From Verrucomicrobiota bacterium (GTDB lineage: Bacteria > Verrucomicrobiota > Verrucomicrobiia > Limisphaerales > AAA164-E04), in assembly GCA_047947115.1 (NCBI GenBank), contig CP170459.1, forward strand, positions 4,352,001 to 4,416,000: DNA of 64,000 nt, read 5' to 3'. The position numbers and the translations under genes were made by a program. Positions 10,600 to 19,139 of this stretch are shown here, piece by piece. The notes below the pieces were generated by a model. That model had not been told where the DNA came from. It saw only the letters and a program-made list of their open reading frames with translations, and did no database searches. Each line of letters opens with the position of its first letter. Within the stretch, counting starts at the first letter, position 1.

Positions 10600-10874
10600 T
10601 TAAGACTCCCTGATATCGTTGAAGATTGGATCGCCCATTCAGGGCTCTGGTTTCACCACTCTCCTGCCCCAGCGCGTTGCACTAGGCTGGTATGGGGCAA
10701 CACTTTGGGCTTAAGGTCGTGTGGAAGGATATTACTCTTTGTGTCCTCGAGCCCTGTGGTTACCACCAGGACTCTCCTGAGATTAAGGAACCGGGTGATG
10801 TGGACCACACTTTTGCAAGTACGGCCACTCGATAATTCCATCCTGCATATCCTGTTCATCCAGTCTCAAAAAGC

Positions 10875-10906
10875 AAAACACCCCGAAGTTGAAACTCCGG
10901 GGTGTT
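10875..10906 (-). terminator. Intrinsic terminator of the ECF/anti-sigma/PDZ operon
   Basis: Stem AACACCCCG...CGGGGTGTT followed by a T-tract on the minus strand, just past the stop at 10929. Confidence 0.7.
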
Positions 10907-10928
10907 CAGTGAATTGGACGTAAGGGAA

Positions 10929-12254
10929 TCAGTGTTGGATGTCAGGGTTGATGATGATTTTTTCTTCGACGAGCACTTCGTGGGGCGTCGTGTTGTCGTG
11001 GTCTTTATCATCCACTTTCTTGTAGAAACGCATAAGGTGTTCGGTTTTGTTTTGCCCGGTCATTTCTTTGACTTTCTCACGAATCCCTTCGGGGAGTTCT
11101 TCAATGCTTTTTTCGGTTTCCAGATCTCCTTTGTAGATGGTGTCACCTTCGGGGTTCAGGACAACGAGGCGTTTTTTGCCGTCAATGTTTCGAAGGTTGT
11201 AGGTACCGGTATCGTCACTGAGGACCAGATTGCTGTTTTCCACGAAAAACAGACTGGTGTGCATGCCCTTTTTGAGTTCGGAGTTCTTTCCCTTGGCCAT
11301 GGCAGTGGCCAGGATACTTTTCTCGATGGCGTTCATTTTTTCTGCCATTTTACGATCGATCACCACGGGTTCGGCTCCGAGTTCAAATACCACATCTTCA
11401 TCATCGGATGCGGCATCGAAATGATAACTGAACTCATTTTTACCGGATCGATTGGTAATCACGGCTTTGGCGGACTGCTCTTCACCTCCTCGAATGTAGG
11501 TGAGTTTCACGCTTTCCCCTGATTTCTTGGTGCGTAACAATACGACGAGTTGTTTGGGGGTGATCAGTGTTTGATCGTCGAGTTTGGTGAGAATGTCATA
11601 CTGTTTAAGCCCTGCTTTGGCTGCGGGACTATTGAGCACGATATGTTCCACAGCCAACCCAATACCAGAAGCAAGGCCAAGTTGGGAAGCAACGAGTTCG
11701 GATACCTCGGAAACATGCACCCCCAACCAGGGGCCGGTGTTGAGTTGGGTAGATTTGTCGAGGGTATAAATGAAATCATTCCCATCTTCCGGTCTCCAAA
11801 GTAGTGTTTTGGATTCAACATTTTCCGTGTTCCCGGAATCAAAAGGCAGTTTCAACACGCGAGGCGGCTGTCCCGGAGTCCAACGCAATTCCTTTCCCTC
11901 GACGACTTGTGCGAGTTTGATTCCTTCCGGTAATTGGATCTCCTGCATGACTTCCGCGGCTTCCCCAACTTTCACCCTCCCCTGAGCCACAACTAATGCA
12001 TCATCTGACAAGGTGGCGAATCCCTCGGCCACAGGAAGCCCTGTGATCTCTTTCAGGTCTTGTATTTCTTTCACCCCATGTTCAGGTGCATCGGAATGAG
12101 TGATGACACCGGAAGCTATGAATTTCCAGTTGGCTCCATGAGGATCAATGGCGAAAGCCGGAATCCGGGATTTCGGTTCGTTTTCGGCGCTATGCAACAA
12201 CGGGGTCGCGATGGCAATGGCAACCAGAGCGGTTGCGACGTTTGTTTTCATCAT
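10929..12254 (-). CDS. Exported PDZ-domain protein without a recognisable protease domain
   Basis: Signal peptide MMKTNVATALVAIAIATPLLHSA; PDZ motif PWLGVHV...GLAVEHIVLNSPAAKAGLKQYDILTKLD; no trypsin GNSGG motif. Confidence 0.82.
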   Translation of the reverse strand: MMKTNVATALVAIAIATPLLHSAENEPKSRIPAFAIDPHGANWKFIASGVITHSDAPEHGVKEIQDLKEITGLPVAEGFATLSDDALVVAQGRVKVGEAAEVMQEIQLPEGIKLAQVVEGKELRWTPGQPPRVLKLPFDSGNTENVESKTLLWRPEDGNDFIYTLDKSTQLNTGPWLGVHVSEVSELVASQLGLASGIGLAVEHIVLNSPAAKAGLKQYDILTKLDDQTLITPKQLVVLLRTKKSGESVKLTYIRGGEEQSAKAVITNRSGKNEFSYHFDAASDDEDVVFELGAEPVVIDRKMAEKMNAIEKSILATAMAKGKNSELKKGMHTSLFFVENSNLVLSDDTGTYNLRNIDGKKRLVVLNPEGDTIYKGDLETEKSIEELPEGIREKVKEMTGQNKTEHLMRFYKKVDDKDHDNTTPHEVLVEEKIIINPDIQH

Positions 12255-12305
12255 TTTTATTACCTTTTGGTGGATGTTTATTGTTTCTCCGTCCAATGGA
12301 CGGTC

Positions 12306-12890
12306 CTAGTAGGTGGAGACAGGTACCAGGACAAAATCTTCTCTAGGCACTTCCATGCGCATCCGGCCGCTTCCTTCTGCAGTGGGCCATTGGTAGGTAT
12401 CGATAAATTCGTATCGAAGCCGCTTCATGGGAATGTTCCCGATGGACATCACGATGCCTTCGTCGTGCACGTTGGTGAGCCGCATATTGCGCTCCACCGT
12501 GGCTTCTTCCGGGGGTGGATTGTTGGAAACGGTTTGAATCTCAGGAGAGTGTTGATTCAAAACAGTTTCTTTTTCCGCTGGGAAGTGTTGCCTGGCTTGC
12601 GCGAGTTGTTCGGCCGATTGCCCTGGCAAATACACAGAGATCAGCCAGAGTCCTATCATCAACATAGCGGCAATGGACCACAAGACCGGACGCCAGGAAC
12701 CGTCTTTACCTGCGGCCGGGTGAAGGATCGTGTCCTGTGCCTCTGAATTGGACTTGTCGTTGGAAACGGTCGACTCAAGGCTTTGTTCCAGACGATGGAG
12801 CGTTGCTTTGGACAGGGGCGCGGGTTGCAGGGCGCGGAGTTGTTGTTCCAGCGCGATGTCTTCGGGAGTTTGTTGATCTGAGAATTTCAT
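12306..12890 (-). CDS. Putative single-pass anti-sigma factor
   Basis: Overlaps the ECF stop (ATGA); N-terminal LEQQLRALQPAP helix; one TM segment (WSIAAMLMIGLWLISVYL); beta-rich C-terminal domain. Confidence 0.72.
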   Translation of the reverse strand: MKFSDQQTPEDIALEQQLRALQPAPLSKATLHRLEQSLESTVSNDKSNSEAQDTILHPAAGKDGSWRPVLWSIAAMLMIGLWLISVYLPGQSAEQLAQARQHFPAEKETVLNQHSPEIQTVSNNPPPEEATVERNMRLTNVHDEGIVMSIGNIPMKRLRYEFIDTYQWPTAEGSGRMRMEVPREDFVLVPVSTY

Positions 12891-13432
12891 GCGAATGAGG
12901 TCCTCATTTTTCTACGTAACGATTCTAGTCCGTATCGATACCGCGATGCAGCGGTGTTAGCCGGAATGTCAAGCACCTTGGCGATCTGGGCATAGGTCAG
13001 GTCGCCCCAGATTTTCAGGGTCAAAACTTCCTGGTATTTGCTTTCAAGCGATCGCACATGGTCTCTGAGTTCGGATTGTTGTTCCACCTGATCCGGGTCC
13101 GCATCAAACCAAGCAGACCATGCCTCTGCCTGCGATTCCAGGTGTTGGGTTTCCCTCTGCATCCTGCGATCTTCCTTGCGGGCATGGTCAATGGCGCACT
13201 GACGCAGCGCGACGAAGACCTGGGCATCCGGCGGCAAAGTGTCACAAACTTCGTTTTGAGCGATGGCTTCCGACTCACCCGCACGACGTTTCCAGAGTTT
13301 CAATAAGGCTTCCTGGAACACGTCCTGGGCATCAGCTTCGGAGCGGGTCTGTTGACGGGCAAACAACAGGAAGCGCGGTCCTTTTTCCCGGATCCATCGC
13401 ATCCATTCCTGTTGTTTGCCGTTGTTTGTCAT
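12887..13432 (-). CDS. ECF-type RNA polymerase sigma-70 factor
   Basis: Region 2 DAQDVFQEALLKLW...AIDHARK; region 4 LTYAQIAKVLDIPANTAASRYRYG. Alternative start at 13450. Confidence 0.92.
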   Translation of the reverse strand: MTNNGKQQEWMRWIREKGPRFLLFARQQTRSEADAQDVFQEALLKLWKRRAGESEAIAQNEVCDTLPPDAQVFVALRQCAIDHARKEDRRMQRETQHLESQAEAWSAWFDADPDQVEQQSELRDHVRSLESKYQEVLTLKIWGDLTYAQIAKVLDIPANTAASRYRYGLESLRRKMRTSFA

Positions 13433-13574
13433 GTGACCTGTTCCACCCATTATAGCGTCACACCGGTTTCTTTTTGTCTAAAAAGTTTTGTATCCAGCAC
13501 AAAAACTTGCTGGGATGCCCGCGTGCGCCTGGGTTCAGGTGACGTATTTGTTTACCATGAAAGTAACACCGTAA

Positions 13575-15290
13575 ATGGAAGAATCAGCAACATCGCCCTC
13601 CTCCGGGGGAGTGTTTCAAAATCTGCGCAAGACCAAATTACTGGTCATGCGCGGAGTGGGCTTGCTGGCATCCATTGTTCTGCTGTTCGTGATTTTTCGA
13701 AAACTGGAGCCCGGGGCTTTGCTGGAAACGCTGCGTCAGGCAAAATGGCGCTGGGTTGCCCTCTCTACGGGTATATTCGGGGTGCACATTATCTTCGCTT
13801 CCTACCGGTGGCACCTGATGCTGCGGTTGAGTCGCGCCACCATTCATCCGACAGCCACCTTGAGAGCGGTTTCTCTCGGGCATTTTTTCAACACCTTCCT
13901 CTTTGGGGCGGCGGGAGGGGATCTGGTCAAATCCATGATTTACGCACGTTGGTATCAACTCCCCCTTACCGAAGTGCTTGCCATGGCTCCGCTGGACCGG
14001 TTTTTCGGTCTGATGGGAGCGTTGATATTTGGATTCTGCATGCTGAGCATCGGATTTTTATCGGGTGGATTCAGCGCCTTTGACGGATCACAACTCAATG
14101 TGTTGATGTATTGGGCACTCGGCTTGGTGGGCGTGTTGGTGGTCGGCATGTGGGCTCTGCGACAATGGCATGGCAAGGGCACTTCCAAGTTTGGATTATT
14201 TCTCAATCACCTTCGAAAAGGTGGGGCCCTTCTCTGGAATCAGCCCAAGGCAGCCTTTAAAGCCGCGGCATCCGCCACCATCGTTCACCTTTGCCTGAGT
14301 TTGGTCATGTTGTTCAACCTGAAAGCCGTGAGTCTCGCGTCGTTCAGTTGGTGGAACGTGCTGTGGATATTTCCGGTCATTTCCATGGTATCAGGTATTC
14401 CGGTCAGTATTGGTGGGGCCGGACTGCGTGAAGGAACGGCGATGTTGCTGTTGGGACTTTATTATATTCCGAGTGAAGATGCGGTCACCGCTTCTCTTCT
14501 TACCTTGGGAGTGTATTTCGGATGGGCCTTCGTCGGATTAGTGGTATGGCAGCGAGAGGAAGGAAGACAACAGAGAGCCAGGGTGCTGCCGGGGGACATG
14601 AGCGTTTCCATTGTGATCCCGACCTTGAATGAAGGAGACCAAATTGAACGGCTCACAGACCAATTATGTCTTCATGCCGGCGATGCGGAATGGATTCTGG
14701 CAGACGGAGGCAGTACGGACGAGACATTGAATATCGCTTTGAAACATTCTTACAAAGTGGTCCGTAGCGCACCCGGAAGAGGGATTCAGATGCATGAGGG
14801 AGCCAAGGTGGCCAGTGGGGATTTGATCTTGTTCCTGCATGCCGATACCGAGCTGGAGTCAGAAAGCCTGAACGCCATGAAGCGTGCCATGAACGACCGG
14901 CATGCGGTCGCTGGCGGTTTCTGGAAGCGATTCGATCGAACTCACTGGGCCATGACCGGGTCCCGGTTCCGATGTCTGCCGAGAATTTTATTGGGGCGGT
15001 ATGTGTTTGCAGACCAGGGATTATTTGTGCGTCGCAGCGTGCTTGAATCCATCGGGGGTGTTCCATGTGTTCGCTTAATGGAGGAATTTGAATTATGCCG
15101 CAAACTCCGTCGCAAGGGACGCATAGTTTTGGCGGACTCAACCGTCACAACATCCTCGCGCAGGTTCCTTCAGAAAGGAGTGTTTCGTACTTACTGGCTG
15201 ATGGGCAGGACCATGATACGTTATTGGTTGGGCGTTTCACCGGACAAGCTTATGAAAGAGTATCATGGAGCGGTGGCAAAGAAGGAGTAG
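13575..15290 (+). CDS. Fusion of a lysylphosphatidylglycerol-synthase TM (flippase-like) domain and a GT2 glycosyltransferase (TIGR04283-like)
   Basis: N-half is multi-TM with RW..ML, FFNTFL..AAGGD and PVSIGGAGLREG. C-half has SIVIPTLNE, ADGGSTDET, GRGIQM..GA, LFLHADT, DQGLFV, LMEE and TSSRRF. Confidence 0.85.
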   Translation: MEESATSPSSGGVFQNLRKTKLLVMRGVGLLASIVLLFVIFRKLEPGALLETLRQAKWRWVALSTGIFGVHIIFASYRWHLMLRLSRATIHPTATLRAVSLGHFFNTFLFGAAGGDLVKSMIYARWYQLPLTEVLAMAPLDRFFGLMGALIFGFCMLSIGFLSGGFSAFDGSQLNVLMYWALGLVGVLVVGMWALRQWHGKGTSKFGLFLNHLRKGGALLWNQPKAAFKAAASATIVHLCLSLVMLFNLKAVSLASFSWWNVLWIFPVISMVSGIPVSIGGAGLREGTAMLLLGLYYIPSEDAVTASLLTLGVYFGWAFVGLVVWQREEGRQQRARVLPGDMSVSIVIPTLNEGDQIERLTDQLCLHAGDAEWILADGGSTDETLNIALKHSYKVVRSAPGRGIQMHEGAKVASGDLILFLHADTELESESLNAMKRAMNDRHAVAGGFWKRFDRTHWAMTGSRFRCLPRILLGRYVFADQGLFVRRSVLESIGGVPCVRLMEEFELCRKLRRKGRIVLADSTVTTSSRRFLQKGVFRTYWLMGRTMIRYWLGVSPDKLMKEYHGAVAKKE

Positions 15291-15329
15291 CTGTTGCCAC
15301 GGGCGGCTGCATGGGGTAAGGATAGAGCC

Positions 15330-16730
15330 ATGCGTTCGGGAGATGACAATTTTGATTTTGAAATGGTGGTGATTGGCGGGGGTAGCGCCGGATATGCTGC
15401 GGCACGCACCACTGCTGCCGCAGGTTTGAAAACCGCCGTGATCGACGGTGGACCGGAACTCGGAGGGCTTTGCATCCTGAGAGGATGCATGCCGACCAAA
15501 GCATTGCTGTATGCGGCCGAGGTCAAGCACCTGGCGGATCGCGGTGAGACCTGGGGATTACAGATCCCAAAAGTCGGATTTGATTTCGGCAAGGTCATGG
15601 CACGCAAGAATGCCATGATTGAAGATTTCGCTTCGTATCGACGAGAACAATTGCAGGATGGACGCTTCCAATTATTTCGATCCAAAGCACGATTTATCGA
15701 TCCCCACACGCTGGCACTGGAAGACGGATCAACCGTTTCAGCTCGTTCGATCCTGATATCGACCGGTTCAACCGTCGCCCCCCTCCCCCTGCCGGCTTTG
15801 AATTCCGCCCAACCTTGGACCAGTGATGACGTCCTCAAACTTCAGCGCCTGCCTGAGTCCGTCATTGTGTTGGGAGGAGGCCCCGTTGCGCTGGAACTGG
15901 CTCAGTTCTTCCTGCGCTTTGGGGTTAAGACCACCTTGATCCAACGCAGCTCGCACATCCTGAAACCATTTGATGAGGAGATGGCCAAACCATTGGAGGA
16001 CGCTCTGCGTGCGGAAGGCATGCAACTCTTCACCGACACCCAGCTGGTTGACGGCGGCATCAAGGGTGGTCGTAAGTTTGTCACCTTCGAGCACAAAGGT
16101 AAAAACCAGACCGTATTCGCCGAGGCCATTTTGCATGGATTGGGCAGACGTCCCAATCTTGAAGGACTTGATCTGGAAAAAGCGGGTTTGGAAACCGTAA
16201 CCCGGCGCATCCAGACCAATACTGAAATGCAGACCAAGGTATCGCATATCTATGCTGCGGGAGACTGCACGGGACCTCATGAAATCGTCCACATCGCCAT
16301 CCAGCAAGGTGAGACCGCTGCATACAACATTATCCATGCTGACAAGAAAAAATCGATGGATTATCGCGTGCTCGTTTCCGTGGTGTTCACCGATCCGCAG
16401 GTAGCCATGGTCGGTTTAAGCGAGAAAGAAGCACGTGCGGCTGGAAGGAACATCGTCACGGCGGACTACCCATTCAACGACCACGGCAAGTCCATGATCA
16501 TGGAAGCCATGCACGGCAGCGTCAAATTGATCGCCGATGCGCAGACGGGTGAATTGATCGGAGGCGCATGCACCGGACCGAACGCAGGCGACTTGATCCA
16601 TGAAGTGGCCGTGGCAGTGCATCAACGCATGACCGCCGCAGAATTCGCCGCCGTGCCTCACTACCACCCCACCCTGGCAGAGATCTGGACCTATCCGGCA
16701 GAAGACATCGCCGATAAAATCGCCGGATAG
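15330..16730 (+). CDS. Class I pyridine nucleotide-disulfide oxidoreductase (Lpd/MerA-like)
   Basis: VIGGGSAG FAD motif; GGLCILRGCMPTK redox disulfide; second Rossmann motif GGGPVALE; AAGD; C-terminal HPTLAE. Confidence 0.9.
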   Translation: MRSGDDNFDFEMVVIGGGSAGYAAARTTAAAGLKTAVIDGGPELGGLCILRGCMPTKALLYAAEVKHLADRGETWGLQIPKVGFDFGKVMARKNAMIEDFASYRREQLQDGRFQLFRSKARFIDPHTLALEDGSTVSARSILISTGSTVAPLPLPALNSAQPWTSDDVLKLQRLPESVIVLGGGPVALELAQFFLRFGVKTTLIQRSSHILKPFDEEMAKPLEDALRAEGMQLFTDTQLVDGGIKGGRKFVTFEHKGKNQTVFAEAILHGLGRRPNLEGLDLEKAGLETVTRRIQTNTEMQTKVSHIYAAGDCTGPHEIVHIAIQQGETAAYNIIHADKKKSMDYRVLVSVVFTDPQVAMVGLSEKEARAAGRNIVTADYPFNDHGKSMIMEAMHGSVKLIADAQTGELIGGACTGPNAGDLIHEVAVAVHQRMTAAEFAAVPHYHPTLAEIWTYPAEDIADKIAG

Positions 16731-16780
16731 CGCGAATTGAAAACAGGAGAGGCAAGCTCTCCCGATCATATCGGGAATCC

Positions 16781-16929
16781 CACTTCAGACCTTGTAGCTA
16801 TCGAACATGTATCACGCTGCGGTGGGAATGCCACAGGCCGACGAATACTGAAGGCTTCCCGCGTTCCACGTCTTTTGGTTAGGAGTGTTTTTAGGGAAAA
16901 GTATGGGACGAGGTGGCACTCGTCCCTCC
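16781..16929. repeat. 149-bp repeat ending in a REP-like hairpin (copy A; inverted relative to 18827-18975)
   Basis: Gap-free alignment to the reverse complement of 18827-18975, 111/149 identical by hand count; hairpin GGGACGAG-GTGGCA-CTCGTCCC. Confidence 0.85.
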
Positions 16930-16940
16930 ATTCAGCAAAC

Positions 16941-16970
16941 AAAAAAGGGTGCCCAAGCGGACACCCTTTT
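16941..16970. terminator. Intrinsic, probably bidirectional, terminator between the oxidoreductase and ilvD
   Basis: AAAAAAGGGTGCCC-AAGC-GGACACCCTTTT hairpin with A/T tracts on both sides. Confidence 0.75.
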
Positions 16971-16999
16971 GCATTTCAATGAAATGAATAAACCGCGTA

Positions 17000-18724
17000 T
17001 CAAGCATCGGTGACAGCGCCGAGGTGGGCGGAACTGACAAGCTTGGCGTATTTTGCCAGGACGCCGCGCGTGTAGCGTTCTTTGGGGGCTTTCCAGGCTT
17101 TGCGACGCTTGGTGATTTCAGCCTTGGTCAGTTTGACGTCCAGCTTTCGTTTTTCGGCGTCGATCACGATTTTGTCACCGCTTTTCAGAAGACCGATCAT
17201 GCCGCCTTCAGCTGCTTCAGGTGTCACATGGCCCACCACGAATCCATGACTACCGCCGGAGAAACGGCCATCGGTGATCAGGGCCACGTCTTTACCAAGT
17301 CCCTTGCCCATGATGGCTGAAGTGGGTGAAAGCATTTCACGCATACCAGGACCGCCCTTCGGTCCTTCGTAACGGATCACAACCACATCCCCCTTCTTGA
17401 CTTTACCGCTCAAGATGGCTTTCAAAGCCTTCTCTTCAGATTCGTAAACCTTGGCGGTTCCTTCAAACTTGAGTCCTTCCTTGCCGCTGATCTTGGCAAC
17501 GGCTCCGGTTTCGGCAAGATTACCGTAGAGCACCACCAGGTGACCATCCTTCTTGACAGGGTTGTCAAATCCTCGGATGACATCCTGACCTTTGGGATAA
17601 GGTTTTGCATCCGCAAGGTTTTCCGCAACAGTCTTGCCGGTCACAGTCAAGCAATCCCCGTGCAACAGCCCTGCATCGAGGAGCATCTTCATCAATGGTG
17701 TCAACCCTCCGATACGGACCAGTTCAGCCATCACGTATTTGCCACTCGGTTTCAAGTCTGCCAGAACCGGCACTTTCTTACCGATACGGGTGAAGTCATT
17801 GATGCTCAATTTGACACCGGCGGCATGAGCCATGGCAAGCAAGTGCAACACGGCGTTGGTGGACCCGCCCAGAGCGGTCACGATGGTGATCGCGTTTTCA
17901 AACGCTTTCTTGGTCATGATATCGCGAGGACGAATACCCAACTTGAGCAGATTCATCACCGCAGCACCGGCACGCACACAATCGGAGCGTTTCTCATCAG
18001 AAACAGCGGCCTGGGCAGAGCTGTTCGGCAAAGACATCCCGAGGGCCTCAATCGCCGATGCCATGGTATTGGCCGTGTACATCCCCCCACAAGAACCGGC
18101 ACCCGGGATGGCACAAGCCTCCAGTTTGGCCAATTCTCGATCGGTCATCTGATTGTTGGCATGTTTACCGACGGCTTCGAACACCGACACGATGTCGACA
18201 TCCTCCTTCTTGTAATTACCTGGCAGGATCGTTCCGCCATAAACAAACACACCCGGACGATTCAACCGAGCCAGACCAATCAAACAGCCCGGCATGTTTT
18301 TATCACAGCCACCAATGGTCACCACACCGTCAAAACCTTCACAACCAACCACTGTTTCGATGGAATCAGCAATCACTTCGCGGCTCACCAGGGAATACTT
18401 CATGCCTTCCGTTCCCATGGAAATACCGTCGGAAATCGTAATCGTATTAAAGAGGACCGCCTTGCCGCCCGTACTGTTTACGCCGGCACTGACGTGATCG
18501 GAGAGCTCATTGATGTGCATGTTGCAGGGCGTGACCATACCCCAGGTGGATGCCACACCTATCTGGGATTTCTTGAAATCCTTACGATCGAAACCGACCG
18601 CGTGCAACATCGCGCGGCTGGCAGCACGTTCGGGGCCGTCCACGATGATCGCGGAATGTTTGCGGTTCAAATCCTGCCGGGACTTTGAGGTCTTGGCTTT
18701 GCTCGAATTTGTCTTCTTTTTCAT
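17000..18724 (-). CDS. ilvD: Dihydroxy-acid dehydratase
   Basis: [51 protein letters not shown] and TDGRFSG motifs. Confidence 0.97.
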   Translation of the reverse strand: MKKKTNSSKAKTSKSRQDLNRKHSAIIVDGPERAASRAMLHAVGFDRKDFKKSQIGVASTWGMVTPCNMHINELSDHVSAGVNSTGGKAVLFNTITISDGISMGTEGMKYSLVSREVIADSIETVVGCEGFDGVVTIGGCDKNMPGCLIGLARLNRPGVFVYGGTILPGNYKKEDVDIVSVFEAVGKHANNQMTDRELAKLEACAIPGAGSCGGMYTANTMASAIEALGMSLPNSSAQAAVSDEKRSDCVRAGAAVMNLLKLGIRPRDIMTKKAFENAITIVTALGGSTNAVLHLLAMAHAAGVKLSINDFTRIGKKVPVLADLKPSGKYVMAELVRIGGLTPLMKMLLDAGLLHGDCLTVTGKTVAENLADAKPYPKGQDVIRGFDNPVKKDGHLVVLYGNLAETGAVAKISGKEGLKFEGTAKVYESEEKALKAILSGKVKKGDVVVIRYEGPKGGPGMREMLSPTSAIMGKGLGKDVALITDGRFSGGSHGFVVGHVTPEAAEGGMIGLLKSGDKIVIDAEKRKLDVKLTKAEITKRRKAWKAPKERYTRGVLAKYAKLVSSAHLGAVTDA

Positions 18725-18826
18725 ATACGGTTAATCTGCCCCGCAGCGTTCAGCAACGGGAAGATGAATTCTCCCAAAAAGCAAGTCGTTGCGAAAGATC
18801 AAAATGGATCAAAGATTGTTTTAACC

Positions 18827-18975
18827 GGAGGGACGAGTGCCACCTCGTCCCATACTTCCTCCCAAGATCTTCCCCGACCCAACAACGTGGAACGCGGGAA
18901 GCTTTGAGTATTCATCCGTCCTTGGCGTTTCCAATGCAGCCTGATTGCCATTCGAATGGGCTGAGGTCTGAAGTG
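18827..18975. repeat. 149-bp repeat, copy B, starting with GGAG + REP-like hairpin
   Basis: Begins GGAGGGACGAGTGCCACCTCGTCCC; the first 31 nt are identical to the reverse complement of the end of copy A. Confidence 0.85.
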
Positions 18976-19139
18976 ATTTCAAGGCGGCGCTTGGCCCTCC
19001 GAGCCTCAACAATATTCTTGAATCCATCCTTGATGCGTTCTCTGGTTCCGCTACATTGCCATTTCGGAAGCGTGCCCGTTGGCCGTCCCAAACCGGAACC
19101 CCCTTCCGAAACCTTAGCCAACTTGTTGATTGCGAACCT

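Noticed and set aside
15330..16730. Mercuric reductase MerA
   Set aside because: No C-terminal Cys-Cys pair, no NmerA domain and no mer genes; it has the HPTxxE motif of Lpd-like enzymes instead.
18730..19139. Glycine riboswitch before gcvP or an ilv attenuator leader
   Set aside because: No recognisable aptamer motifs and no Ile/Leu/Val-rich leader peptide; much of the region is the 149-bp repeat.
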